Virus record (IMG/VR): IMGVR_UViG_3300021379_002077
Coordinates: 1-53,039 of that record
DNA length: 53,039 bases
Origin: a virus
Taxonomy: Duplodnaviria; Caudoviricetes
Strand: one strand, 5' to 3'
Translations under genes and position numbers: made by a program
The notes under the pieces: model-generated
The model's database searches: none
What the model was told of the DNA's origin: nothing
Seen by the model: only the letters and a program-made list of their open reading frames with translations
Shown here: positions 1 through 10,334 of the stretch, in pieces
Layout of the letters: each line of letters begins with the position of its first letter
Position numbering within the stretch: the stretch's first letter is position 1

Positions 1-312
1 GAAGCTAAGTCTGAAACAAAGCTGATGGAATGGTTTATTTTCAATTTCTCTTATTATGAAGAGGAGTTTGGAGAAAAGAAAGAACAGTTTCCATTGTTTG
101 TTGGAGAAACTTTTGAAGATAAGAGGGAGCATTATTTAGCCCTCAACGAAGACGAAGAAGATATCAAAGATAAAGACCTCTTGAAAAACAAGAGTATTTT
201 TGATGAGAGCTTTGGTCGATTAGCTAAAGTTGCCAATATTTGGTATAACAAGCTTGGCACAAACCAGAAAGAGATTTCACAATCACTTAAGGATATCTTT
301 GGCGATGAATGA
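1..312 (+). CDS. 5'-truncated hypothetical protein, possibly tail assembly chaperone
   Basis: Frame is open from base 1 (EAKSETKLMEWF...), so the gene starts upstream of the window. It lies two genes before the tape measure gene. Function inferred from position only. Confidence 0.55.
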   Translation, partial: EAKSETKLMEWFIFNFSYYEEEFGEKKEQFPLFVGETFEDKREHYLALNEDEEDIKDKDLLKNKSIFDESFGRLAKVANIWYNKLGTNQKEISQSLKDIFGDE

Positions 313-1178
313 ATACAGAGGATGTAAATATAAGCGTTTGCTTATTAGATGTTCTTCGTGGCTATAGTAAAATTGTAGCCAACAATAAGACATATTACTT
401 CAGGCATTTTCGAATTTACGATGACCTTGAACTCTCTGAGTTTGAGAGTGAGGCTTTTTTGGCTGCTTTAAAAAGAGGTATTAAATCCAAGAGTGAATTG
501 CTTGAGATCGCAATTTCAAAGGGTTTTTGGACTAAACAAGAGGAAGAATCTGTCAAGAGTTTAGAATGGGTTATTGATAAATCAGAGACAGCTTTGTCAA
601 AGGTTTCTGATTACATGGCAAGGAAGGCTATGGAAAACTCTATCAATGAAGACAAAAAAAAGTTAAAAGATCTTTTAGACAAGAAGAACTCTATTATAGC
701 TCATTGTGCTGAAAACCTAGCAAGCAAAAAGAAATATACAAAAACTCTGGAAGATAATCTCTTTGAGGACGAGGAGATGACTAAAAATATCAACAGGGAA
801 GATTTATTCTATCTGATCCCAAAAATGGGGGAAAAGATAGAGCAGATTGGAAGTAGGGATAATATGTTAAAGATGGCGTATGATGCGTCTTTTTTTGACA
901 TCTATAGTAATATGTACAGGAATCCATTTGATATCTTTAAAACAGATATTTACAGCATTTCTTTGTGGCAAAAGAATCTTATTTCTTACGCTTCAGTATT
1001 ATTAAATAAGCTTAAAAATTACGACATGCCTACAGAAATTAAATCTGATCCATTGAAGGTTTATAAGTTTAATCCCAAAACAGAAGAGTCTAAAGATAAG
1101 TCTGTTGTTCATGGTGTAGACGACTTAAGACAAAAAATGGCTAAAAAAGGCGGTAAACTTGAGGCTTCTGACTTTTAA
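309..1178 (+). CDS. hypothetical protein, possible tail assembly chaperone
   Basis: 289 aa, helical and charged; ATGA overlap with the previous gene; immediately precedes the tape measure gene. Confidence 0.55.
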   Translation: MNTEDVNISVCLLDVLRGYSKIVANNKTYYFRHFRIYDDLELSEFESEAFLAALKRGIKSKSELLEIAISKGFWTKQEEESVKSLEWVIDKSETALSKVSDYMARKAMENSINEDKKKLKDLLDKKNSIIAHCAENLASKKKYTKTLEDNLFEDEEMTKNINREDLFYLIPKMGEKIEQIGSRDNMLKMAYDASFFDIYSNMYRNPFDIFKTDIYSISLWQKNLISYASVLLNKLKNYDMPTEIKSDPLKVYKFNPKTEESKDKSVVHGVDDLRQKMAKKGGKLEASDF

Positions 1179-1188
1179 TACGATTTTA

Positions 1189-1193
1189 GTGTA
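1189..1193 (+). promoter_or_regulatory. GTGTA motif, putative late promoter of tape measure operon
   Basis: GTGTA followed by 10 AT-rich nt and the ATG at 1204; same arrangement recurs upstream of many genes. Confidence 0.55.
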
Positions 1194-1203
1194 TTAAATT
1201 ACA

Positions 1204-4200
1204 ATGGCAGCTCCAATCAATTTACAAGCAAATATAACGCTTAATCCTGCGAGTTTAAACGCATCTGCTAAACAGGTGCAACAAGCTTTGGGGAGGATTA
1301 CAGGTCAAGCTTCAGAATTCCAGAAATCGCTTGATGCTTCTACTGCTCGTGTTTTTGCTTTTGGAGCTACTACATCTGTTATTAATGGAGTTACGCAGTC
1401 ATTTAAATCTCTAGTTTCAACAACTGTTACTGTTCAAGCTAAATTAATTGAGATTAACTCGATCTTGGGGGCAGGAGCCGCAGAGTTTAATAAATACAGA
1501 AATGCTATTTTTAATGTAGCTAAGAATACAGGGCAATCTTTCCAAACCGTTGCTGATGGTGCTGCCGAATTAGCTCGTCAAGGTCTTGATGCCGCTGAGA
1601 GTGCGAAAAGACTAGAGGCAGCATTGATCTTAACTAGGATATCTGGTTTAGGAGCGCAAGACTCTGTAAAGGCTCTGACAGCCGCTATGAATGGTTTTAC
1701 TTCAGCAGGTCTATCAGCAACCCAAATTGTTAACAAGATTGTTGCGGTAGATACTGCGTTTGCGGTTTCTGCTCAAGACCTCGCACAAGGTTTTAGTCGT
1801 GCTGGATCTACAGCAGAGGATGCTGGAGTTAGCTTCGAAGAACTTCTTGGATTGATTACGGCGGTTGAACAAAGAACTGCACGAGGTGGTGCTGTTATTG
1901 GTAACGCTTTTAAATCTATTTTTACAAGACTAAGTAGGGGTGATACCATTGATCAACTTCAAGAACTTGGTGTTGCTATTGATGCTGGGCAAAGTGGAGT
2001 TCAAAAACTACAGGCTTTGTCAAAAGCTTTGGATTCTGTTTCTGATCCAGCTGTAGCTTCTCAAATTAAAGAACTTGCTGGTGGTGTTTATCAAATTAAC
2101 GTGGTTAGTGCTGCCTTAAAAGATTTAAGTAATGAGGCTTCTGTTTTTGGAAATGCTACCGACAAAGCTTATAACGCATCAAATGAAGCTATCGAAAAGA
2201 ATGCTCAACTTAATGAAAGTTTACTAGCTCAAATCAATGACCTTACTGTTTCTGTAACAGCTTTCGCAGATCGATTGGGAGGACTAACACTTGGTCCACT
2301 TCTTGAAAATGTGGTTGGTTTTGCAACAGCTTTATCTGAAGGATTGAACGATGCTCTTGACCCAGAAAAGGGCAATACTTTTGTAAAAGGATTGTTTGCC
2401 GTTATTGGAAAATTTATATCAGGCCCAGGGTTAGCCCTTTTTGTAGCAGGGTTTGTTAAGATTTTTGGGGCTGTTATTAAGTTTGCTAAAGAGGGATTCC
2501 AGACCATTATTGAAATGGGTTCTGCTACAGAAAAGCTTAGGAGTGTTGAGTCTGGGATTGTTAATTTATTACAAAAGGATGATAAATTAAGGCAAAGCAT
2601 TGGAAGTGCTACCTTAACCCAAGAGCAAAAGCAGAAGTTGATTATTGATGCTATCAAGACTCAAAACGGCCTTTTAGCAACACAAGAAAAACTTGTTAGA
2701 GATATTGCTCAAGCTTCAATGGCAGCTGGTGTTACTGGTTATTCTGAGAAAGGTTTTACGGGTAAAAGGGGAAAGCGTTACGCTGCTGGTGGATCTGGTC
2801 AAATGGAGCCTGATTTACTTACTGCTATGGCTAATGAAGCTAGAGACGCTCCTGCTGGTGCTATGCCCTATTTAACAACATTTAGAGGTCAACCAGCAGT
2901 GATGAACACTTCAGAGCTGCAAACTAAAATCAATGGAAGAGAAGAAATTCTTACTCAAGACCAAATTCCTAGATTTAATGATGGGTCAAATGCAATAAAA
3001 ATCTCTCAACAACAAAGGCAGAAATTTAAAGGCAAAAAAAATATCGGGAATAGATATGTATTCCTAACTCCAAAAATTGATGAAGTTGGTTCGATTGGGC
3101 CTATGACTGTCGATAAGATACATCACCCTTATACACACCCAGTTAGAGGAATTCAGAGTAGTCAGTTAAAAGGCATTTCCGACAAGTCTGAAGATAAGTT
3201 GGAAGATGAAATAAAGGAAATGATGTTCAAAAAAGCTGCTGATTGGACTTCAAAAATTAAACCTCTAGATAAATCTGCCCCAATTTCAGAAATTAAGAAA
3301 GGATATGACCAAATAGGTGGGGCAAAAGGTGCTCTCAATGCTGCCATTGGAGCGGCCTTTGAAGTTGGTATTAAAAAATCTCTTGGGTATGAAGCTGACG
3401 AAAGGGATGCAGGTGGTGATTTTGACGTTCGTGGTGGAGCAAACCTTGGCTTAATTCAAAAACTTTTTGGTATTACGCAGTCAGTAGGTGATATGAAAAA
3501 CTCATCTGATAGCGATGGTAATAGAAGATCATTTGTTAAAAAAGTGCGGAAAGAGGTTGGGGCTGGAGTAATGACAGATGATGAAGCTAAAAGGCAAGCT
3601 GCTAAAAAGACAGCAACAGCAATGAAGGCTGCTGGTATTAAAGGAAGGACATCTCCAGCCGCACAAAAAATGTATGACACGTATTTGAAAAGTGCTAGAA
3701 GAGGGGGAGCATCTTCTAATCTATCTAATCTATCAAAAGGAACTATCCCAACTTCAAGACTTAAGCGTTACTCTCGTGGTAGTACTCCTAGCCAAAGGTA
3801 TAAAGGTTTAATTAAAAGGTATGCTAGAGGTTCTGGGCCTCCAAAGATGGAAAGTTCAATTGATATTTCTGAATTACAAGAAATGGCTAATGTTCTTAAA
3901 GATGCTAATGATTCTGCCCTCGATACTAAAGAAGGAATAAAACAATTGGCAGATGCTTACAATGTTTCAGAAGAAACTGCACAAAAAGTTGTTGATACGA
4001 CAAAAAAACAGAACAAATCCATGCGTGAAACTGGCAAGGAGCAAGGTAAACTTGCTAGAGGTTTTAGTAAGCTAAAGGCCAGTATGAAAGGTGCAGCTGC
4101 CGATCCAATGATGAGAGGCATGGGCCTTCAAATGCTTGGTAGTACTGCTGCTGCTGGAGTCGATTACATTGGCTCTAGGATGGATGAGAAAGATCCAACT

Positions 4201-5787
4201 AAAGATATCGTATCAGCTGCTGGTGGAGCTATTCAAGGTGCTGCCACGGGAGCAATGATTGGAAGCATAATTCCTGGGGTTGGTACGGCTATTGGTGCTG
4301 GTGTTGGTGCGCTTGTTGGTGGTGTAACTTCATTATTTGAGAGTAAGGGGGCAAGAGAAGAGATCTTAAAGAAGGAAGAGGAAGAGAGGGGTATACAAAA
4401 CAGGAAAAACGAATCTATGAAAGGTGCTCTTGGCATGGTTTCAGATAGATTTGGAGGACAGAGTATAGGAGATGTTAGTGGTAGATTGTCTCAACTAGCT
4501 AAAGCAACAGGAAAAGAGCAGTTTAATATGGGGCCAATGCTTGAAAGAATGCAAAATTCTTTTAAGAATGTAGAAAAAGGTTCTGAGGAATGGAAGCGTT
4601 TAAACCTAAAGTTTGGAACAGCTCTTGAGGCTGCTTCTATAGCCTTAGAAAATGCTGATTTAATGGCATTCAAAGAGAATATGGACAGGGTTAATCAACG
4701 GATAGATGAACTGTCTAAAAATAATGCAGCCATAAGTGCGGGGCAGCAATTGGAAACTCTAGGAATGGATAATAGTATGAGGTCAAGCTTGCTTGGTAGC
4801 ATGGGTGGAAAATTTGCCAAACCACTTCAAGATCAAGCTAGAATGGGACAAGCTTTCATTAATACTGGGGAAGCTAGAAATCAAGTTGATCAATTAAGAG
4901 TACAACAGGCTCAATTCGCTCCAGATTCAGAACAGTTCAAAGAGTTTGGAGAAAAAATTAAAGAAGCTGAAGCTAAGTTTAAAGAAAGTGTTATTCAGTC
5001 TGCTCAACAAATGGGTCAGATTATGCTTCAAAACCAACAAAGAATGGCAGAGTTAGATAAGCAAAATGCAGAGCTAACTTCAAAACAAGGAGTTTCACAA
5101 TTCGATACTTTAATGAAGCAATTTGAAACTGGTGGTATTAATCTAGATACTGCGAAAAAGTTGGGAGAAGATGTCAACAAGGCTATGGAGTCTGGAGACA
5201 CAGAAGCCTTAAAGAGAGCCATGATTAGGTTTGAAAAGTATGCTTCTGAACAAACAGGTTCTAAAGCAGAAAGAGATGCATTGATTAAAAATTACACCAA
5301 CTTTGGAAACGTAGTTACAGCGGGACAAACATATGATCAAGCTTCGATGAGCATGATGCAAGGAGGAACAGAAAAAGAAAGGAGAGATCTACTTGCCTTG
5401 AGAGAACCTGCTCAAATTACTGCTCAAATCACTGAGAATTCTGAAGAGGCAAAGATGCTTAGAGAACAAGCTAAACTAGCTGCTGAGAACTTGTCTCGAT
5501 TTGGTTCTGCATTTGGGGAAACGGAAATCACAGATAAGGTTGCAAGTATGGTAGGTTCTATAACAGACATTGGAGAGAATATGGGTAAATTTAAAGATTT
5601 CTCTTCTGAAATTGCTGGTCTTGGAACAAAGGTTTCACAAATTATCAGTCAAAACGCATCGCTTGTTGAGGCTGATGTTAAAACTATGGAGAAGCTTGCA
5701 GAAGAAAAGGCAACAATTCAAAAAGGTTTGGATACAACTATTCAGAGGTTGGAAAGTGTTGTATCAAAACTTGAACAATTAGAATAA
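1204..5787 (+). CDS. phage tail tape measure protein (TP901 family core)
   Basis: 1527 aa, Ala/Gly-rich helical. TP901-like core (ELARQG, AVSAQDLAQGFSRAGS, GVSFEELLGLITA, GAVIGNAFKSIFTRL), hydrophobic segment, glycine zipper (GAATGAMIGSIIPGVGTAIGAGVG) and C-terminal coiled coil. Confidence 0.92.
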   Translation: MAAPINLQANITLNPASLNASAKQVQQALGRITGQASEFQKSLDASTARVFAFGATTSVINGVTQSFKSLVSTTVTVQAKLIEINSILGAGAAEFNKYRNAIFNVAKNTGQSFQTVADGAAELARQGLDAAESAKRLEAALILTRISGLGAQDSVKALTAAMNGFTSAGLSATQIVNKIVAVDTAFAVSAQDLAQGFSRAGSTAEDAGVSFEELLGLITAVEQRTARGGAVIGNAFKSIFTRLSRGDTIDQLQELGVAIDAGQSGVQKLQALSKALDSVSDPAVASQIKELAGGVYQINVVSAALKDLSNEASVFGNATDKAYNASNEAIEKNAQLNESLLAQINDLTVSVTAFADRLGGLTLGPLLENVVGFATALSEGLNDALDPEKGNTFVKGLFAVIGKFISGPGLALFVAGFVKIFGAVIKFAKEGFQTIIEMGSATEKLRSVESGIVNLLQKDDKLRQSIGSATLTQEQKQKLIIDAIKTQNGLLATQEKLVRDIAQASMAAGVTGYSEKGFTGKRGKRYAAGGSGQMEPDLLTAMANEARDAPAGAMPYLTTFRGQPAVMNTSELQTKINGREEILTQDQIPRFNDGSNAIKISQQQRQKFKGKKNIGNRYVFLTPKIDEVGSIGPMTVDKIHHPYTHPVRGIQSSQLKGISDKSEDKLEDEIKEMMFKKAADWTSKIKPLDKSAPISEIKKGYDQIGGAKGALNAAIGAAFEVGIKKSLGYEADERDAGGDFDVRGGANLGLIQKLFGITQSVGDMKNSSDSDGNRRSFVKKVRKEVGAGVMTDDEAKRQAAKKTATAMKAAGIKGRTSPAAQKMYDTYLKSARRGGASSNLSNLSKGTIPTSRLKRYSRGSTPSQRYKGLIKRYARGSGPPKMESSIDISELQEMANVLKDANDSALDTKEGIKQLADAYNVSEETAQKVVDTTKKQNKSMRETGKEQGKLARGFSKLKASMKGAAADPMMRGMGLQMLGSTAAAGVDYIGSRMDEKDPTKDIVSAAGGAIQGAATGAMIGSIIPGVGTAIGAGVGALVGGVTSLFESKGAREEILKKEEEERGIQNRKNESMKGALGMVSDRFGGQSIGDVSGRLSQLAKATGKEQFNMGPMLERMQNSFKNVEKGSEEWKRLNLKFGTALEAASIALENADLMAFKENMDRVNQRIDELSKNNAAISAGQQLETLGMDNSMRSSLLGSMGGKFAKPLQDQARMGQAFINTGEARNQVDQLRVQQAQFAPDSEQFKEFGEKIKEAEAKFKESVIQSAQQMGQIMLQNQQRMAELDKQNAELTSKQGVSQFDTLMKQFETGGINLDTAKKLGEDVNKAMESGDTEALKRAMIRFEKYASEQTGSKAERDALIKNYTNFGNVVTAGQTYDQASMSMMQGGTEKERRDLLALREPAQITAQITENSEEAKMLREQAKLAAENLSRFGSAFGETEITDKVASMVGSITDIGENMGKFKDFSSEIAGLGTKVSQIISQNASLVEADVKTMEKLAEEKATIQKGLDTTIQRLESVVSKLEQLE

Positions 5788-5789
5788 TT

Positions 5790-7340
5790 ATGAGTTTATT
5801 AGTCTATAATGTTATTAGCTCTTCTTCGGAAATTAATTACTCCTACTTAGGTAGTCAGGAGATTTTTGGATATTTAATTAGTTTAAATTACACTTTAAAC
5901 GTACAAGATATTAACTTCGACAACAATGATGGAGTTCTGCTGAGTGGTAGAACTGCAATTAGACAAGCTTATAAACAAAGAAATATAACAGCAAGAATTG
6001 GTGGTGATGAAATTCTTAATGGAGAGATTGTAAGTTTGTCTTTTGATGAGAGTTCACTAACTGGAGAAGATACTGTCACTATCACAATTATAGAAAGAAG
6101 AAGATTAAGCGATTATAGCTCGAAAACTTTTGCAAAGTATATACCAAGCCCACATCTGTTAGAAGACTTTTCTGAGACTTATAGTTTCTCAAGATCTGGA
6201 AGTAGCTATACATATGATAGAAATATTTCAATTAAATATGCTCAAGATGCTGGAGATCAATTCTTGAAAAAAACAAAAGATTTTTTAACACATTATTATT
6301 ACGAAAATAGACCAGCAATTGGATATTACGAAGATGGTATTTCTGAGAATGCAAGATTTAACAAGGGTTTTAATGTTGGTACTTTAAATGAGACAATAGA
6401 TTTAGTAAATCTATCAGTTTCTCTTCAAGAGAATTTCCAATCATCATTTATAGAAGAAGTTAATAATGTTTCTAAAATTAAAACAGAATCTTACAGTATT
6501 GATACAGGAGGTTTTTTAACAAAGACTATTAATGTTAGTTTAACTTCTCTTAGATATGATTCGCAGAATGTATTGCAAGAAGCTATTGGAAATACTATTG
6601 ATGACATTGTTGCAGATGAAGCTATCCAATTTGGTAATCCAATTTCCATCCAAAAGGGAATTACAAAAGACAGCTCTAAAGCAAATGTGAGTTTGCAGTT
6701 CTCAGCGAATCCAACAACCCCAGAGACTAATATTGTAACATACCAATGTTCTAAACAAAAGCAAGGTTCATTTGTAGATTATACTTTGAGTGTAAATTAC
6801 ATGTCTAAGGGTAAAAATAATCAGGACAAATATAATAATCTTCTGGCAACTTGGGATGGAGCCAAGTCAGATAATGAAGCTAAGGTTATAGCCTTGTTCT
6901 CAGAAGCTAACGGAGAAATTTACGAAAAATCAAGATCTATTCAAATCTCAAAAACAAAGGGGACAGTTTCGGAAAGTATTGTTTATACAACTCAAGAAAT
7001 TTACGATGTATCTGGACTTCCAGATGGTATCATTAAGTTTGGAATTACGACGAATAAAACCCAAAAAGTAAACAGAACTACTCCTGTTCTTGACTTGGAA
7101 ACATTGAAGCAAAAGCTAGTTGTTTCTAGCCAAAAAACTTTAGGGCAAGCTACTGTAACTGCAACAGCTGTAGCTCAACCATTTTATGGAATGTTTTATG
7201 CTAAACATTTCCTTCAGTCAAAAACTGATGACATGAATGCCGCTTTAGGAGAGGACACTTATTATGGAACATCTGACAAGATTTCCATTGATTTGTCGAG
7301 TGGAACTACAACCCGTGTAATACAATATATAATAGCTTAA
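5790..7340 (+). CDS. virion structural protein (tail tip/baseplate region)
   Basis: 516 aa, Ser/Thr/Tyr-rich beta-strand composition, directly after the tape measure gene. Confidence 0.6.
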   Translation: MSLLVYNVISSSSEINYSYLGSQEIFGYLISLNYTLNVQDINFDNNDGVLLSGRTAIRQAYKQRNITARIGGDEILNGEIVSLSFDESSLTGEDTVTITIIERRRLSDYSSKTFAKYIPSPHLLEDFSETYSFSRSGSSYTYDRNISIKYAQDAGDQFLKKTKDFLTHYYYENRPAIGYYEDGISENARFNKGFNVGTLNETIDLVNLSVSLQENFQSSFIEEVNNVSKIKTESYSIDTGGFLTKTINVSLTSLRYDSQNVLQEAIGNTIDDIVADEAIQFGNPISIQKGITKDSSKANVSLQFSANPTTPETNIVTYQCSKQKQGSFVDYTLSVNYMSKGKNNQDKYNNLLATWDGAKSDNEAKVIALFSEANGEIYEKSRSIQISKTKGTVSESIVYTTQEIYDVSGLPDGIIKFGITTNKTQKVNRTTPVLDLETLKQKLVVSSQKTLGQATVTATAVAQPFYGMFYAKHFLQSKTDDMNAALGEDTYYGTSDKISIDLSSGTTTRVIQYIIA

Positions 7341-7341
7341 T

Positions 7342-8937
7342 ATGGCAACCTCTATAACATATGGCTCTTACAGCTTCCCAGAACCACTTCCTCTTTTTTC
7401 AGAAGAAGATGAACCAGTAAAGCTTGCTGGTTTATATGATCATAGCGCGATTAGGGTTAATATTGTTGGATATCTTACTGGTGCTGATCTTAGTGGATTG
7501 GACCTTCAAAAGATGCAAATGATCAGTGGGTTTTTAAATGAATATGAAGATCTTACTGTAACTGTAGAAAATGAAAGTAAAGTTTGCTCTGGTGCATATG
7601 TTGAATCAATTAGTTTTCAAGATAGTGATTTAACAACATTTTTACCTTACAGTTTAACAGCTTTATATTATTCTGGAGAAACTTTTTCTGATTATTTTAA
7701 GGTAGCGGACCCATCAAATTCTTGGAGCTATTCAGAAGGGGAGAATAAAATCATTACTGCTACTCATTCTGTATCTGCCCGTGGATTGAAAGTTGATAGT
7801 GTAGATGCTTTGGTTAATGCTCGTAATTTTGTGACTGGAAAGTTGGAGAATGGATTTGAAGCTCTATCTTTGTTTAATACAGGTTCTTCCAATGCCTTCC
7901 TAACTTCTAGAAGTGAAAGTATTGATAAAAAATCAAGCACTTACTCTGTTGAAGAAGTCTATCAGTATTCTGCTTCAGATGATCCAATTTCAGATAGTGG
8001 TGTTGTTAGTGTTAGCACCTCTATTACTCATAATATCCAAGGTGGACTTTCTGTATCCGTACAAGGAAGCGTTCTTGGAGCTATGAACGCTAGTACAGGA
8101 GATGGTTTATTATCAACTGGTAACTTCACTCCAAATCAAGCGACTGAGATCGCAATGAACGCTGTAGTTAATTCTTATTCTGATTATGAATCAGGTATGT
8201 ATGATTTTATTGCTGATGGTCCAACAACATTTAATTATGATTTAGATACGGGTTCAAATACATTAGGGTTTTCTTTTGCTTTTGAAGACATTGAAAATTT
8301 AGAGTTGATCAATGGAAATGTATTACATACATATACAACATCAGTTTCCTTTAACAAGGATAATCCAGCTGCTAGCATTTCAATTCAAGGAAACTTAAAG
8401 TATCATGGTGTTGAGCCTATTAGTTCAACTGGAGACTTTGTTAACAATTCTAGATTTACAGCTGTGGAGTCAGCGTTTGATGAAATTGATACTTACTCTT
8501 TAGCTAAAAGTGACTTCATAGATTGTATTGATATTGCAACAGGATACAAAGTTAATTCATCTTATTTAAAAGATACTCCAAGTCAATATTCGATCAGTAA
8601 GAATCCTATTGAAAATACATTAAGTTATAATTATACTTATAATAACATAACAGATTTTTCTTCTGGTACATTGGATAATATGACAATGACGATTGAGGAT
8701 ACTGTTCCAATTAGCTTAACTAGCGTTCAAGAAATGCTTGTTGGTTATGGAGCGCAAACAATTGTTACGAGAACTCTGGGACAATATGCCGTAAGCGCAT
8801 CATCTCAAAACCCTGCTGAAGATTTCGAGGTGTTGAGCGGACTTGTTGATAAATATTGCAGTGGTAAGTATAAAATATCAGAAGCATTTTCAACAGGAGA
8901 AAACAATATTTCTTATAACTTATCAAGATACTATTAA
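7342..8937 (+). CDS. virion structural protein (tail tip/baseplate region)
   Basis: 531 aa, beta-rich, similar patterning to the preceding gene; GTGTA at 7315-7319. Confidence 0.6.
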   Translation: MATSITYGSYSFPEPLPLFSEEDEPVKLAGLYDHSAIRVNIVGYLTGADLSGLDLQKMQMISGFLNEYEDLTVTVENESKVCSGAYVESISFQDSDLTTFLPYSLTALYYSGETFSDYFKVADPSNSWSYSEGENKIITATHSVSARGLKVDSVDALVNARNFVTGKLENGFEALSLFNTGSSNAFLTSRSESIDKKSSTYSVEEVYQYSASDDPISDSGVVSVSTSITHNIQGGLSVSVQGSVLGAMNASTGDGLLSTGNFTPNQATEIAMNAVVNSYSDYESGMYDFIADGPTTFNYDLDTGSNTLGFSFAFEDIENLELINGNVLHTYTTSVSFNKDNPAASISIQGNLKYHGVEPISSTGDFVNNSRFTAVESAFDEIDTYSLAKSDFIDCIDIATGYKVNSSYLKDTPSQYSISKNPIENTLSYNYTYNNITDFSSGTLDNMTMTIEDTVPISLTSVQEMLVGYGAQTIVTRTLGQYAVSASSQNPAEDFEVLSGLVDKYCSGKYKISEAFSTGENNISYNLSRYY

Positions 8938-10334
8938 TGAGTGCAACAGGTTTACTATGGCTAACAGAACAAATGACCAGAGGAGGATTCTCTGCTTATT
9001 ACGATTTTGAGTACTCAACTGATACGATAGAAGTAATTGGTGATAATGTTAACGATGGTTATACAGGTGTATTTTTAAATTCTAGCTTGGCGCAATATCC
9101 AGACAGACATTCTGGAATTCATTTAGGAATTGAAGGTAGTAATGAGGCTGATGTTAGGACTGGTTTAATGAAAAATGCTACCGTTGGAGATAAGTTAGAT
9201 TTAACTTATGGTAATTTATCTATTGATTTTGATGGACTAAACGCAAAAAGCTTTTCTGCATTTATAGATTTTGAATTTAAAGGAGAGGTCCATGATGGAA
9301 TTTTATTTGGTTGTCTTTCTTCTGGGCAAGAAACTGTAAATGGGAACACTATCAATTTTTCATCTGGATTTAATGTAGGAGTTACAAATAGGGGTCATTT
9401 ATTTTGTCAAACAATTGGGCTTTATGGAGATTCAATTCGAGTATTGAATGGAGTTGAACTTTCGAAAAGAAACTTAATAGGAATCTCTGCTTCTAGAAGG
9501 TTTATTGATATTGGATATTTTGATTTCTTTAATGACGTTGTAAGTAAAATCGAGGTTCCGATTGATGAAAAGTATATCTCTAATGAGGGGCATTTTGTCA
9601 TAGGTGGATCAAATTATTATTTTAGATCTCAAGATGAGACTACTCCAACATTTAGTGGATATTTAAATCACTTAGCTTTTCTTTCTGGGTATCGTCCGCT
9701 TACCTATATGAAGGATGTTGCTGAAAGTGTTTTATCGACTTACGAATATACAGCAGAAGTTCAAACTGCTTATGAGAGGATTACTGGATACAATGAACAG
9801 GTTCATTATAGAACTGGAATTACTGGATATGAATATATATCAACTGGAACTTTGACAATTCAAACTGGAAGAGAAGAATCTGTAGGAAGTATATCATTAA
9901 CTTCTTCAGAATCTATATCAGAAGGAGAAAAATATTATAAATATTATACATTTAGCAATGGATTGTCAGAGAGTTTTTACAAAGAGGAACTTGGACATTT
10001 GAATGATTCATCTGGTTACCTTTATTATCCAACTGGAGAAGGAGCTTATGACACATTGGGATTAAATGATATATCTTCTTCAATTCAAACTTATGCAGAA
10101 ACAACAGGTGTTGAAAGAAGGGGTTCTATAAATACAGGTTCTATAGTGATTGATCTTTATGGGAAAAGGTTATTGACTGGATTTTTAAATGAAATTAGCG
10201 GGGTTTCAATTACAACGGGTATTGAAACATATTATGAAGTGACACCACCATCTTCTGGTTTGATTTTTAGTGGAGATTCAACGTCACTTAAAAAAGATTA
10301 TATTTATTATTTAGGAGAAAGAAGTGAACTTTAA
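8937..10334 (+). CDS. virion protein with LamG/concanavalin A-like domain
   Basis: N-terminal half has the LamG-like pattern (FSAFIDFEF...GILFG...FVIGGS...FSGYLNHLAFLSG); TG/SG-rich C-terminal half; TAATG coupling. Confidence 0.6.
   Translation: MSATGLLWLTEQMTRGGFSAYYDFEYSTDTIEVIGDNVNDGYTGVFLNSSLAQYPDRHSGIHLGIEGSNEADVRTGLMKNATVGDKLDLTYGNLSIDFDGLNAKSFSAFIDFEFKGEVHDGILFGCLSSGQETVNGNTINFSSGFNVGVTNRGHLFCQTIGLYGDSIRVLNGVELSKRNLIGISASRRFIDIGYFDFFNDVVSKIEVPIDEKYISNEGHFVIGGSNYYFRSQDETTPTFSGYLNHLAFLSGYRPLTYMKDVAESVLSTYEYTAEVQTAYERITGYNEQVHYRTGITGYEYISTGTLTIQTGREESVGSISLTSSESISEGEKYYKYYTFSNGLSESFYKEELGHLNDSSGYLYYPTGEGAYDTLGLNDISSSIQTYAETTGVERRGSINTGSIVIDLYGKRLLTGFLNEISGVSITTGIETYYEVTPPSSGLIFSGDSTSLKKDYIYYLGERSEL

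Noticed and set aside
280-312. Programmed -1 frameshift joining the two genes upstream of the tape measure gene (lambda G/GT style)
   Set aside because: No slippery heptamer near the junction, and an in-frame TGA (306-308) directly precedes the ATG at 309.
2229-5782. Antisense and alternate-frame ORFs inside the tape measure gene (and similar ones inside nrdA, dnaB, dnaE, clp and fibre genes)
   Set aside because: Shadow ORFs of strongly coding genes with no motifs or initiation signals; only 44272..44523 has independent support (lipobox, terminator).
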